NCBI GenBank assembly: GCA_965603825.1
Contig: CBFDEM010000038.1
Coordinates: 1 to 64,000 of the forward strand
Source of the DNA: Blepharisma stoltei ATCC 30299
Lineage: Eukaryota; Protista; Ciliophora
Reading direction: 5' to 3'
Length of the DNA: 64,000 nt
Numbering within the stretch: the first letter of the stretch is position 1; the number at the start of each line of letters is the position of its first letter. Under the pieces are notes generated by a model that worked only from the letters and a program-made list of their open reading frames with translations, searched no databases and had not been told where the DNA came from. A program made the position numbers and the translations under genes. Below are positions 36,050 through 47,960 of the stretch, piece by piece.

Positions 36050-39000
36050 TAGAAATCAGCCAGCTAAGTCCTTATGAATTTGCCTTGGTGTTAGGTAGAG
36101 CTACGCAGGATCAGAAAGGATGATAATAGAATTAGGAGGCATATCGGAGGTAAAAACAAAAATTAACAGCTCGTGTGAGATATCCTGACGATTGCTTATG
36201 GCTATATAAGCGCTGATAAAAAATATTTCTGAAGATTTTTATAACAAAAACTCAACTGGACGGAAGAAGTATAGGATAGGCTCCAATCATGATGAGATGA
36301 ACGGAATATAGAGCTTTTGGACAGAAGAAATTAACTCCTGCAAATTTTGGGTGAGGGAAGGAAATTGGAGAGACCTTTGAAGTGAGTGATAAGAAACTAA
36401 GAAGAAGCTAGAATAGCGGACAATTTAATAAAGGTTTTGCATAACCAAATCAATTTGGAAGGGTTGTCATATAAGCATGAGGTCTAAAACTTTGGTTTTA
36501 TCTAAACCCCTGTCTTGAGTGCCATGCAGTTTGACCAAAGTGATTTCGTTTAAACTTCTAGAGCTCCCGAGAAAAATATTGACACTATCAATGACTGTAC
36601 TAGAATCCGACAAGCTTGTGCCTTTTATAGAGTTGTTCATCCATTTATCTAGTGCATCAAAAGAGTTAGATATGCTGGAATTTATTTCTTCTTCATCATT
36701 AGTCGTATTCGATATATAAAGGCCTGCAGCAGTTATTGAAGAAACGAACAGACTTGAGTCCATAGTCTCAGTCCTATTAGCCACCAAATTTTCAGTGAAG
36801 TTCTTAATAGAAATGCTGCCTGTGTTATTTAGATAAACTATTAATTCCACTTCAATAAAAGCCCCATAGGAGTCATAGACCCTGCCAAGCAAAGTTGCTT
36901 CCCCTATAATGCCAAGCTTTATTGTGAATTTATTTTCTGTTGTTTTCGATATTAACGCTCTGGTGCTGTTTTCCAATTTTATGAAGATTTGATAGGATGA
37001 AGGCTCAATGCCTTCAGGGTCGCTCCATCCTGAAAATAATATCCCAAGTTTAGTTTCTAAAGTAATTCCTTCAGAATTGTTATCAATTTCGAAAGTTCCT
37101 CTATTTGGCGGGCAGTTAACATATCGTTTTAGAGACAGTTTTGTTTTTACATAAGTTTCTTTATCAATTACTGTCACTCTAAATTCATATTCTCTTCCAG
37201 GAGTTAAACTGAACTGTTTGATTGTAATCCCAGCTTGATCTGTGGGTGTTGTAGGAGTAAAGTCAGATTATTGGCTTCTCCTCAAGAGATAATTGTGCTC
37301 ATTTCGTTTTCTACATGAGCAAGAATTCTCAAAGGAGATGATCAGTCCAAAAATGGATATTTTGCTATGATATGAACTTTCGGGGCAATCCCTGGCGAAA
37401 CAAACACCCATGATTTTCAGTGACTGATGGATAATCAGTCAAACTAATAGTAAAATTGCAAATAAAGTAAGAATTCTTATTTCTTATTTCCAAATTAAAA
37501 GAATTTCCAGCGATTTCAACAAATTTGTCATAAATGCAACTTTTTTCAGTAAATTTTACAGATCCCTTCTCTAAAGGATATATTTCATCGCTTCCGTAAG
37601 TTGCAGTTAAATTAACAGTAACATAAGAATAAGAATAGGCCGTCGTGTCTGCACCTAAAACCATCAGATTAGGAGGTGGCGGAGTAGCAACAACTTTTAC
37701 ACTAGCAGAGCGAGTATAAGTGCCACGATTGAATAGTACGTTTACAGCCACAACTTATTCACCGAGTTTTGAAAATAAATAAGTAAACTCAATACCTGTC
37801 GTGCTGTAATATGTATCTTCAGACAACATTCTATTACTTTTTGCAACGCTTCAAGAAATTGAAGGATTTGCATCTAAGTCTATAAGAGTGCTTTTTTGAC
37901 ATTGGAATTTTAACTTTAATGGCCAGTCGGTACCGACATTGATGGTTTCTTTATTAGCTATAGAAATGGCTACTTCATCATATATCATGTTTACTGAAGT
38001 GGTAGATGAATCAGATTGGCCGAACTTGTCAGTTGTGGTCAAAGTTACCTCAAAGTAATTATGATCTTTTGCGCTCTCGCAACTTTCTAAGGTAATATTG
38101 GAAATTATTTGTTTTATATCACCAGAATAGCTCAAGAACTTGCTTAAATATCATATAGATGTAATATTTCCCATTCCCGTTGATCGAAATCTGTCAAGAG
38201 TCAATTCGCAAGAGCAGCAGATCGAGCCAATTTGAGAGACACTAGCTTTCGGCTTAGGGGATTTTTCCTCCTTGATGCTCATAGTTATATATGCAATATT
38301 AGTTTCATTAGTATTTAAGTCAGCAAAAACTTTTCAATGTATGTCAAGTATTCTGCACTGTCTTGAATATGGCCTCGGTAAATTTCCAATTCATTTTTAG
38401 ATATTTTGAAGCAAGAAGCGCTTTTTCCTAGGGAGATTATTGAATCTTTTGACAATATTTTGTCGCATTGAGCACTTCTCATTAGTGCAATATTCCTCTG
38501 TGAGAACTAATTGATTATATAATTTAATTTTGAGATAACTTATCTCAAAATAATATTTTATGCTTATCAATTCTTGATGAATCATCATATACTTTAAAAA
38601 ATCATCATAAAAAGCGTTAAAAGATATAGGATATAAATATCCTCGATACTTAACTTGAACAATTGAAGGTTTGTTACTAATCCTGTAGCTTGGATCAATA
38701 GAAAACGTAAATGAGCATGCGAAATTTTCATTGAAAGTGTTAAATGAGCATTCATTAGTGCTTAGCAAAAAATCTGTGCTATTTAATAATTCAATACTCT
38801 CAATAAAACCATGAATGGTGTTGATAATAAATTCTCCGCTTCAGTTTCCGACAATTACATTTTCTTGAGGTATAGAATGAAACCAATATAGCTCAGGGCT
38901 GTTCTCATAAGGAGTTCTAATACATTTAAGTTTATCTAAAGATAAGCAATGATTCTCAGCAAAAATACATTTTTCAATTCCTGAAGCTTGAGGAATGCAT

Positions 39001-42000
39001 TGAATACAATTTGTTTTTCCAAAATTGGGGCATATAGCACATAAAGGATCTTGGCAAATGTTACAAGTATCGTCTCTTATAATCCTTTATTGCAAGAAAT
39101 GGGACAACTTTTGCATTTATCATGCTCAACTGAATAAAATTCATTTATCTTGCACGGAGATAAGCAATCTCCTAAAGAAAATTCACAAGTTTCAAGGTTT
39201 TCCGGATCTTCAAGTTTATTTCCGCTATTCTTTCATATTTGAAGCTTATATAAAAACCCTTTAAAATGCGACTTTGAGCTTCTTCCTATAAAAAGAGTCG
39301 AATTCACCATATCTCTAAGTAGTAAATCTGGGAATCCTCGTGTTATTATTTCTCTGTTATTTGCATACGCTCATAAAGATTTTATAGAACTTTCGTACGA
39401 AACTGCGTAAGAGAGGTAAGTTCAGCCTCCAAAACTAATTCCTGATGCTTGAAAAGTAAAATTCTGAGAAAATCTGTCTTGCTGAGTTATTGACAAAGCT
39501 CCATTACTAACAAAAGTCTGTCTCCCTGCTCAAGAATGTCCCCATTTCCTTGGTTTCAAATTCACATCAAAAGCGAAAAAGTGTAAGAAAAATAATAAGA
39601 CTGCTCGATTTGGAGGAATTTCCATCAAAAAAGAAACCTCTGTCCTTTGCTAGCACTGGGTCTTCATTTTCAGGTGAATTAAAAGGGTTATATGAAGCCT
39701 TATTAGCCCCTGCAATAAACTTTCTATAAGTTTCGTTGAAATTATCCTTTGAATTTATTTCAGCAATTATGCATAGCTCTTTACCAATGCATTCTTCAAA
39801 CCCAGTTGGGTATTGGCCTAAACAGATATTATCTATTAATTTCCCTTTCACGCATTCTAAGCAAGGGAAGTATCCTTGGTCCATACAAGTTGAGCAGTAG
39901 TCCAAGTCACAATACTCACAAAAGACTTCAGAGCCATCTGTGATTAAAATAGCATTAGCGTCACAGGCACAATTTTTGTCGTTTAAATTATGAGCTCTAT
40001 CTATGCATTTGTAGCAATTTGAAGTATCAGAAAACCCTGAGAATCCTTGACAGAGTTGGCCATTACACGATTTGCAAAATGGAAATCTCACACAGGTAGT
40101 TTCGCATGATGAATTGCATTGCTTGCAGGCTGAGTCTTCTCAGTATTCAAATAGTTCGCAAGATCATAAACAATTATCGTCTTTATCAGGTTGGCAAACA
40201 CTTATTTCTTAATAACTGATAAAATCATGAACAGCACCTATATAAAGCTTAAAATTATATATGAATCCAGCGAAGCCTGGGTCTTCAATGACTAATTCGC
40301 TTGGAATACCTCAGAAATTGCTTTTATATTGAGATATTGAATTATGCTTTATATTATTTAATTAGCTAGAAATTGTTGTAGCTCCACTTGAATAAGACAC
40401 TGAAAATGATATATGCATCCAACTACTGTCAAAAGCTTCATGGGTAATCACTTATATATTTGCATCCAAAGGATCTTTTAAAGTAATATTCATAATGTGA
40501 CTGCTCGAAAACGTAAATTTACCCTCTTTTCTAATTATTATGTCTAATATTTTGCATGAACCCAAGTCGCTATAGAAAAAGAATGAGAAAGGTAAATGAT
40601 TTCTTCTGTTTTTACAAATCGATTGTTTCAAAATATAGTCCTCTCCCTTAGTTGCTGAGATTGGATCAAAATTCAGTTCTGGATCCTTGAAAAAATAATA
40701 CTGACTTCTATTGTTACCAGTTTTAAAAATATCATACTCTGCAAACTCTTTAGAAAATTCGGCAACTGCATATGCGTCTTCTTTATCATTTATATAGCTA
40801 TATGGATATTCATCAAGGTAGGCTAAGCCAACTAAAACCCCTCCTTTACAGTCAAACCATTTACCAGTGCTACAGATATCGCAATATAAAGCATCATATT
40901 ACTCGCATTTATGATCATATATAGTTTCCACAAAAATAGCATTCGTATCACATTCGCTTTACTGCCCCATGGGCTCTTTCTGTGCATTGCTCACAATACG
41001 ATGAATCGCTGAACCCTAAACAGTTTATGAATAATTGGTCTACACATATATTGAATGATGGAGCTCTTACACAGTTTAAGGTTCAAGAACTGCTGCAGGA
41101 TTTACAGTTACTGTCAAAGTACTCAGGCAGTTTGCAAAGGCTATACAATTTTTATCATCTCTTGATATACAGAAGATGCTGTCTAAGTCTGCACCTATAC
41201 CTTCAATTTGCCCATATATTGTTTAAAGTTAATTACAAAACTTGTAAAGCCAGAATCTGTGCCTTTCCCAATAAATAAGTGGCTTGGCTTGTCCCTAAAC
41301 AAATACTGTGAATAAGTATTGAGAGAATACTGCATGCCATTCATATAGGTTGAAATGGTTGTTGAGCCATTAAAATAACTGACGATAAGAGTGAATAAAT
41401 TTGAATCAGCTGAAGAAATGGTGCTAGATTCTGATAATAAAACTGACTGAAATGGATTAATCAGTAAGGCCTGGGCTGAAAAAAATTGGTAGGCAAAACT
41501 ATTCGGTTTTCTTTTTCTATAATATTTCAAGCTTCATAACTATTTATTCACAAAGCAATTGAAAATGTATGCGAGAAATAGAGAGGGGTATCAGAAACTA
41601 AGAATTGGCTGGAATTAAAGTGAAGTCCTCTTCCTTTAATTGGAACAGGGTCGCACTCTTCAGGATTTTCCAATAATTAAATGAGCTTGAGCTGCCTCAA
41701 GTTTTAAATACGTCATAAATTTCACTAAATTCCGCTTCAAATTCTGCATTGATTACCAAACAGGCCGAATCAAAATACTCATTCTCTTCAAAGCCATGAG
41801 GAATTTCGTCTAAACAAATCCCATTTTAAATAGCCACTTTCGCACTCCTTGCTATCGAAATAAGTTGCTTCACGCTTGTTCCAGGCTTTTCAGTAGCCGC
41901 TATCACATTTTTCACAAGCCCAGTCTATTTCATTTTTTACAAGAATTGAGTCAGGATTATAGATACAAACTAAACCTTGAAGACTGGCTACACATTCATT

Positions 42001-42654
42001 GCAAGAACTGTCACTGAAACTTGGGCACTTTATGGAAAGTCTATAAGAGTAAATATTGCAAAACTTGGGTCTTACAAATCAGCTTCAGCATGAATCGTTG
42101 CAAGTAGTGCAGTTATCGTCATAAAGCTAAAAACCTCAAGGTGATAGATAAGGCCTTTGTCTGTCAACTGCACAAATTGATTCGTCATTGTAAAGTGATA
42201 GATCGTTTATAGTACCAATAAATAGCTTAAAATCATAGATAAAGCCTTAAAATTAAAATTAGTTCCCCCATTTCCGATTATTAAATAATTTGAAATATCT
42301 CTGTTAAATATGCAGTCTCTAAGAGCTTTCTTGCTTGATTACCATTCAAAAACATAGCTATCGTTTTCATTCCGTTTAAAAAGCTTAATGATAATTAAAA
42401 TTGGCATCAACCACTTATAATAGATTGATTAATTGGTTCAACAATAACTCCATAAGTGGGACTGATCACAGTGATTGAAGAATAATCATTTCGTATCATA
42501 ATTCTATTATTTTTTGGAAAACAACTCTTCATCCATAGCTATCAATTCAGGAACTAATAGAAAATGAATGTGAAAATAAAGCGAGTCACAAATCAAAAAT
42601 TGGTTTCCATAAAAGTAAGGTCTTCTATCCTTTGCTGGGATTGGATCACATTCC
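36050..42654 (-). pseudogene. Giant Cys-rich (furin/EGF-like) + LamG-like repeat + REJ surface-protein pseudogene, 5'-truncated at the inverted-repeat element
   Basis: CxxC-rich blocks alternate with repeated (N)PExxDP(V/I)xAKxRGxxF modules (39640-39690, 41620-41670, 42610-42654). REJ motif NCPPNRGTF...GITLET...WSDPEG. Dozens of lesions. Confidence 0.75.
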
Positions 42655-42684
42655 TTAGATTATTACGTTTAGTAATACTAGTAT

Positions 42685-42909
42685 CACTAGCACCACTAGC
42701 ATCACTAGCAACACTAGCACCACTAGCAACACTAGCAACACTAACAACACTAGCACCACTAGCATCACTAGCAACACTAGCAACACTAGCAACACTAGTA
42801 CCACTAGCAACACTAGTACCACTAGCACCACTAGCACTACTAGCAACACTAGCACCACTAGCATCACTAGCAACACTAGCAACACTAGTACCACTAGCAA
42901 CATCAGCAA
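42685..42909 (+). repeat. Left arm (CACTAGCAA)n, about 25 units with variants
   Basis: Read directly from the sequence. Confidence 0.95.
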
Positions 42910-43057
42910 AGTAGTGTTAGAATTTACCAAAAGAGTAGAAAGAAGAAAATAGCATTTAAATTTCATATGAAATATATTTTAGATTTATAGAGATCTAACA
43001 TTACATAAACTCACTTTTGTTGATTGTTTTAACACGCTTTACACCTATTTCGTGTAT

Positions 43058-43309
43058 TTAAGTTGATTTTCTTTTCAAATTATCAGATTCCATAAGTGCT
43101 TTGATTTCCGCATAGTTCAGATTGTAATTTTGAGGTAAGAGCCATCTTTTAAAGTTTATTGATATTACGACATAAAATACGTCTACACCTGCAAAAACTG
43201 TGGGATTGCGTGATGCAATGTCAGGCAGCTTCTCTGTGAGCTCTTTATCTGATGGAGCAAGAAAAGAAAATCCCGCACTTTTAAATAGCTTCTCAATATA
43301 GTCAGCCAT
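43058..43309 (-). CDS. Orphan 83-aa ORF in the loop of the inverted-repeat element
   Basis: AAAATG start context, TAA stop, ordinary globular composition, AT-rich flanks. No family recognised. Confidence 0.55.
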   Translation of the reverse strand: MADYIEKLFKSAGFSFLAPSDKELTEKLPDIASRNPTVFAGVDVFYVVISINFKRWLLPQNYNLNYAEIKALMESDNLKRKST

Positions 43310-43419
43310 TTTAAATTATATTGTATTAAGTATATGACTAAATGTGCTGTTTATTTTCTAATCTATTATATTATTATTTTGGCACACAAAATAGTGTCAG
43401 TATTAAATGTCGCAAAAGA

Positions 43420-43755
43420 TTGTTGGTAGTGCTGCTAGTGTTGCTAGTGTTGCTAGTGTTGCTAGTGTTGCTAGTGTTGCTAGTGTTGCTAGTGTTGCTA
43501 GTGTTGCTAGTGTTGCTAGTGGTGCTAGTGGTGCTAGTGTTGCTAGTAGTGCTAGTGGTGCTAGTGGTACTAGTGTTGCTAGTGGTACTTGTGTTGCTAG
43601 TGTTGCTAGTGTTGCTAGTGATGCTAGTGGTGCTAGTGTTGTTAGTGCTGCTAGTGTTGGTAGTGTTGCTAGTGTTGCTAGTGTTGCTAGTGTTGCTAGT
43701 GTTGCTAGTGTTGCTAGTGGTGCTAGTGTTGCTAGTGATGCTAGTGGTGCTAGTG
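43420..43755 (+). repeat. Right arm (TTGCTAGTG)n, about 37 units with variants
   Basis: Read directly from the sequence. The order of variant units is shared with the left arm. Confidence 0.95.
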
Positions 43756-43798
43756 ATACTAGTATTACTAAACGTAATAATCTAACAGATATGCTGTA

Positions 43799-46700
43799 TT
43801 AAGCATTTTGGAATCCATAAGCCACTTATAAGACTTATTGAATCATCCTTCAATAAAGCCAATCTTGAAATACAAATTGGGACATTTTTTGACAAGATTT
43901 GGATACCTTTCTACGTTCCAAGCAAAAAGACAGCTTTATGGCCAGTGGCAAATTCGATTCTTTTATATCAATCAAATAAAGTAAGAGGAGAATTTTGTAT
44001 GTACCGTAACCAAATTCTTGGAAAGATAAAGGATTTAAAAATCCTTAGTGAAGAAGAGGCAAATAAAATAGATATTCAGCAATTCATAAATATTTAATAT
44101 CAGTTTAGAAATATCTATATTTAATTATTTCTTAGCTGATCAGTGACTTTTGATGGCATAGCGGCATTTGCAATACTATTTTATTTCTTTCTTGCCTTCA
44201 TCACTTATTCTTCCTAATAAATTGATTTTCTTTCACTCAAAATTTTATTCTATTTCATCTTTTGCTTGTCTGAAAAGGGGTGAAGTTGAACTTATACTGA
44301 TAGGGGTGTTTTCTATCAATTTTTTACATATAATTTTAAAGGAAAATTTTTGAGTTTTCAAGAAAAAGAGGAATCACTCCATAATTGCTATAAATTTGCT
44401 TATTTTCTTTGAACCAAGTGTATATTTCTATAGTCAATTATGAAATTATTATTGTAAAGATTCAATTTTTTTAATCTATTAAAGAAGTACTTATAATTTA
44501 CTATAAATCTAAGAACTTATCACTTATGAATGAATTGATTATTTCCAATTACATCTTTTTCTCCTATTATGAGGGTTCTATTTTGTTATCTCGAATTAAT
44601 GACAACATTGACAGTCTATCCAAAATAAATTATTTTAATTACAGAGCAAGATTTGAGTTGAAATAGTAAACCTATATCATAAACTGCAATCATATAGTAG
44701 ATTATTTCGCACTAAAATATCTAATAAGAGAGAATTGGATAAGCTGCATTCTGTTTAAAGTGATTGGAAAAAAGCCATTATTTTTTACTAATCTTAGATT
44801 TGATCTCCATCACTTGATAAGGATGGGTCTTGTTTCTATGTTTCTGTAAATTTAGGCATAGGATTTGTTTAATAGTCTATAATAATACCTAGACTTTCAT
44901 GTTTTGATAGAAAAGAATTATTCCTTTTCATTTTGCAACTCAAATTCATTGGATTATCTTAATTGCTTCACCAAAGCATTCTAAAGACTCATAAGCCTTT
45001 CCAATTTCATAATTTTTATTCCTTGCTTAGTTGCTTACCCAATAATATGAATACAAATTAAATATCTCAAAATACCTACTTGCCTTTAAAATTAATATAA
45101 TTTTTAATTGATGGAAGAAAGCTTCAGAAATATACAGAACATCAACGATCCAACCAATCAAGAAAATATCCCAATCGCTTCTGCTATTTCTAATGATAAT
45201 ATTCAAGCCCCTAATATTCAAAGTCAAAACCCAGCAGCTCCTGCCAACCTAGCAGGCGCATCTCACACTGATATCCAAATTGAAGACCAACAAATCTTAG
45301 CTGCTGCTAACAAAATCCGCTCAAATAACTCAGTGCTCCAATTTGAAGGTTTACAGTTTCTCAGACAATCCCTATCTAAACTTGATAACCCCACCTAGAG
45401 ACGATGTCATCAAAACAGGGATTTGCCAACATATCATTTCCTTGGCATACGAAAAAGATGACGATAAATTTTTATTTGAAGCTACATGACTATTTACAAA
45501 TATTTTGTCAGGAAGCTCAGAGCAGTGCTCTTATTTGCTAAATCTTGGTGTGCTGCCTTTTTTGTTTACTGTTTTTAAGAAAAATAATTATGATATTAAA
45601 GAGCAGGTGATATGGGCTTTTGGAAATGTCGCTGGAGACTCAGCTGAATTCAGAGATACAATTTTAAGCCACGAAAAATTCAATTATGTTTATGAGTTTT
45701 TGGCTGGAGTCGACTTTTATAAGCCGAGTTTGATAAAGATGCTGTCATGAGCAGTATCAAATTTCATTTTGGGAAAGCCTCAACCCAAACCTGACAAGGT
45801 GTTACCCTTATTTTCATTTCTAGAAAGAGTCATCTTGGTGATTCATGATGTAGACGCTCTTACAGATGCAACCTGGGGATGTTCCTGTCTTACAGATATA
45901 GATGGAAGTTTACCAATTTTCCAAAATGAATTATTTTTAGAAAAAATAATTCAGCAGCTCTCCAGTTATAATGCTTCTTTACAAATTTCTTCCCTCCAGA
46001 CACTTGGCAGTATTTCATCAGACTTGGATTTTTAGAAAAAATTGGCGAATTAATTTAAGTCCCAACATAAAGGTAAGAAGAGAAATCTGCTGAATGCTGT
46101 CAAATATTTGTACAGAAAAAAAAGAAGCTGTTGAAGGGCTATTAGAAAGAAAAGTTTATGAGAAATTATTGAAGGTATTAAAAGAAGATAGTGAAGATGT
46201 TAAAAAGGAAGCTATATGGGCAATCGGAAATACAGCTACAGTTTGTGATGTAGAGCAAGCTAGAAGGGTCGCCCAAATAGGGTTGATTGGAGAAATGATA
46301 AGTTTGCTAGATAAAATGAAAGCGTCACAGAAAGTTGCACTTGAAGGGCTGACTGAATATTTTGAAAAAGATAAAAATATTGTGGGGAGTGAGGAAAGAA
46401 GTAGGCTGATTGGGATGTTGGATAGAATGATTGAGGAAGGTGAAAATTCTGCAAAGGCAGTGAGCTTGAGGTTAATGCTGATTGATATCAATAATAGTGA
46501 GGGGAATAATTAATACATTTAATCAGATGTTAGCTTGGAACAATTATTAGCTGCACGAAACATAGAAAGTAGATTAAATACAAAAAGAGCTTAATTTATT
46601 ATGAATATCTTTAATATAATCAAATCTTAACCCTTTATTTGGTATCTTCGTCAATCAATTCTAACTTTTCCTCTGAAAATTGATAATAAAAACTCGATTT

Positions 46701-47143
46701 ATTTCAAATTTTCAAGTCGAAAACCTGCTTTTAAAAACAGCAGAGCTTTTACAGCATCTGCTTTTAAAATCTAATTTAATATAGATATCCAAAATATATT
46801 GTTTAATAGCTGAGCTTATATTAATAATAATTTAATAACCAGAATTAAATGCATTTTAAATGCAAAGGAGCTCTATTCAAGAATTCATCAGTAGGGAATT
46901 AATAGTGATTATTACATTAGACTCAGCTAAAACAGTAAAGCAATTTTTCCTATATAAAAATGGAGAGCAGAAAGAATTTAAAAGAACTTGAAAACATAAA
47001 AATAGAAAACAAGTGAGACTTGCTTCTTTTTCAAATCATCACTATTACTAGTGATATCAATAGCAAACTCAAAGAAATAGAAAGCAGTTTAAACATTATA
47101 AATATCTTAATAGATGAGATAGCTGAGATTTTGAGTAGACCAA
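43799..47143 (+). repeat. Segmental duplication, copy 1 (partner 50821-54722): RAP-like 3' end, TPR remnant, importin-alpha, start of Kelch-family gene
   Basis: Colinear DNA similarity from ttaagcattttggaatccat to gctgagattttgag(t/c)agaccaa, including intergenic DNA. Confidence 0.92.
45111..46513 (+). pseudogene. Importin-alpha-like ARM repeat gene, copy 1, frameshifted
   Basis: FEATWLFTNILSG, KEQVIWAFGNVAGDS, DATWGCSCLTD and KKEAIWAIGN. Frameshifts at ~45395 and ~46020-46065. Confidence 0.85.
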
Positions 47144-47329
47144 GCGGTCCCTTCAAACCACGCCTCTTTCAATAGTGACTTTATTTTTACTTATTATTTT
47201 TTGCATTATTTTTTTCCTATTTTTTCACATATCTGTTTTTGTCCTACTCTAAAGAAAATTATAAATTGGAATATTTATTTAAAAAATATTATTAAAATAC
47301 ACTAATTTTTTTCTCGCGGAGAGAGGAGC

Positions 47330-47480
47330 AAGCACATTTTACTTGAGAATCATTTTAGATTAATCCAGATTACAAAGGAGTTATGATTCTCAATCAAGAA
47401 ACTCAGAGATATTGGCAGGATTTTGACTATTTTATACATTTTGGAATAGAAAAGACACTTATCAACCATATTGAATAATG
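47330..47480 (+). pseudogene. Third fragment of the RAP-like gene 3' region
   Basis: ttttacttgagaatca...ccagattacaaaggagt...tattggcaggattttgactatttt matches ~50720-50865. Confidence 0.85.
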
Positions 47481-47960
47481 ATTCGGCTCTTTTATATCAC
47501 TCAAATCTTTTAAAGGGAGAATTTCTAATGCACCGAAATCAAATTTTTAGAAAGGTAAATGATTTGAGAACAGCTAGTAAGGAAGATACGAATAAGATAG
47601 GAAAATAGATATAAAGCAATTTCTTAGTAGGGATGGACTGCCATATAGAGTCAATAGGTCCGAACTCTCTTGTAGAGCTGGCAGAGCCATGCAGATCTAG
47701 CTTATTTTGGTCAACACACATACCCATTTTATATGAAATTCAGTGACAAAAATCAGCTTTCTAAACATACTTGACTTATAACATGATTTAAAGTTTTATT
47801 CATAAAATAATTAGTGAACATTATTTTCTCCAATCCTACTGGTTAATTGAATGCTGCAATAATAATTTAGCTGCAAATCATTAATTATTATAGTCATTCT
47901 TAAATCCTTTGTGTCTATGGTTGATAATTTTTTCAATATTCTCAATTATCTGGTATATAA

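Larger units (their letters stand above)
42655..43785. mobile_element. Foldback-like element, 1131 bp, with long inverted arms built from 9-bp tandem repeats and TA at both ends
   Basis: The left end TTAGATTATTACGTTTAGTAATACTAGTATCACTAGCACC... is the exact reverse complement of the right end for roughly 85-90 bp. The flanks are unrelated truncated genes. Confidence 0.8.

Noticed and set aside
42685-43755. Arms as a CRISPR array or as true telomeres
   Set aside because: There are no spacers. The unit differs from CCCTAACA and is capped by a unique 30-bp terminus.
42564-43785. Poly-Leu/Val and LAT-repeat ORFs in the track (42564-42914, 42655-42966, 43342-43785)
   Set aside because: They are automatic open frames of a stop-free 9-bp repeat, with no independent support as membrane proteins.
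47144-47330. AT-rich spacer with GC-rich ends (CCTCTTTC / GAGAGAGG) between two truncated genes
   Set aside because: The inverted match is short, imperfect and not terminal, so it is not enough to call an element.
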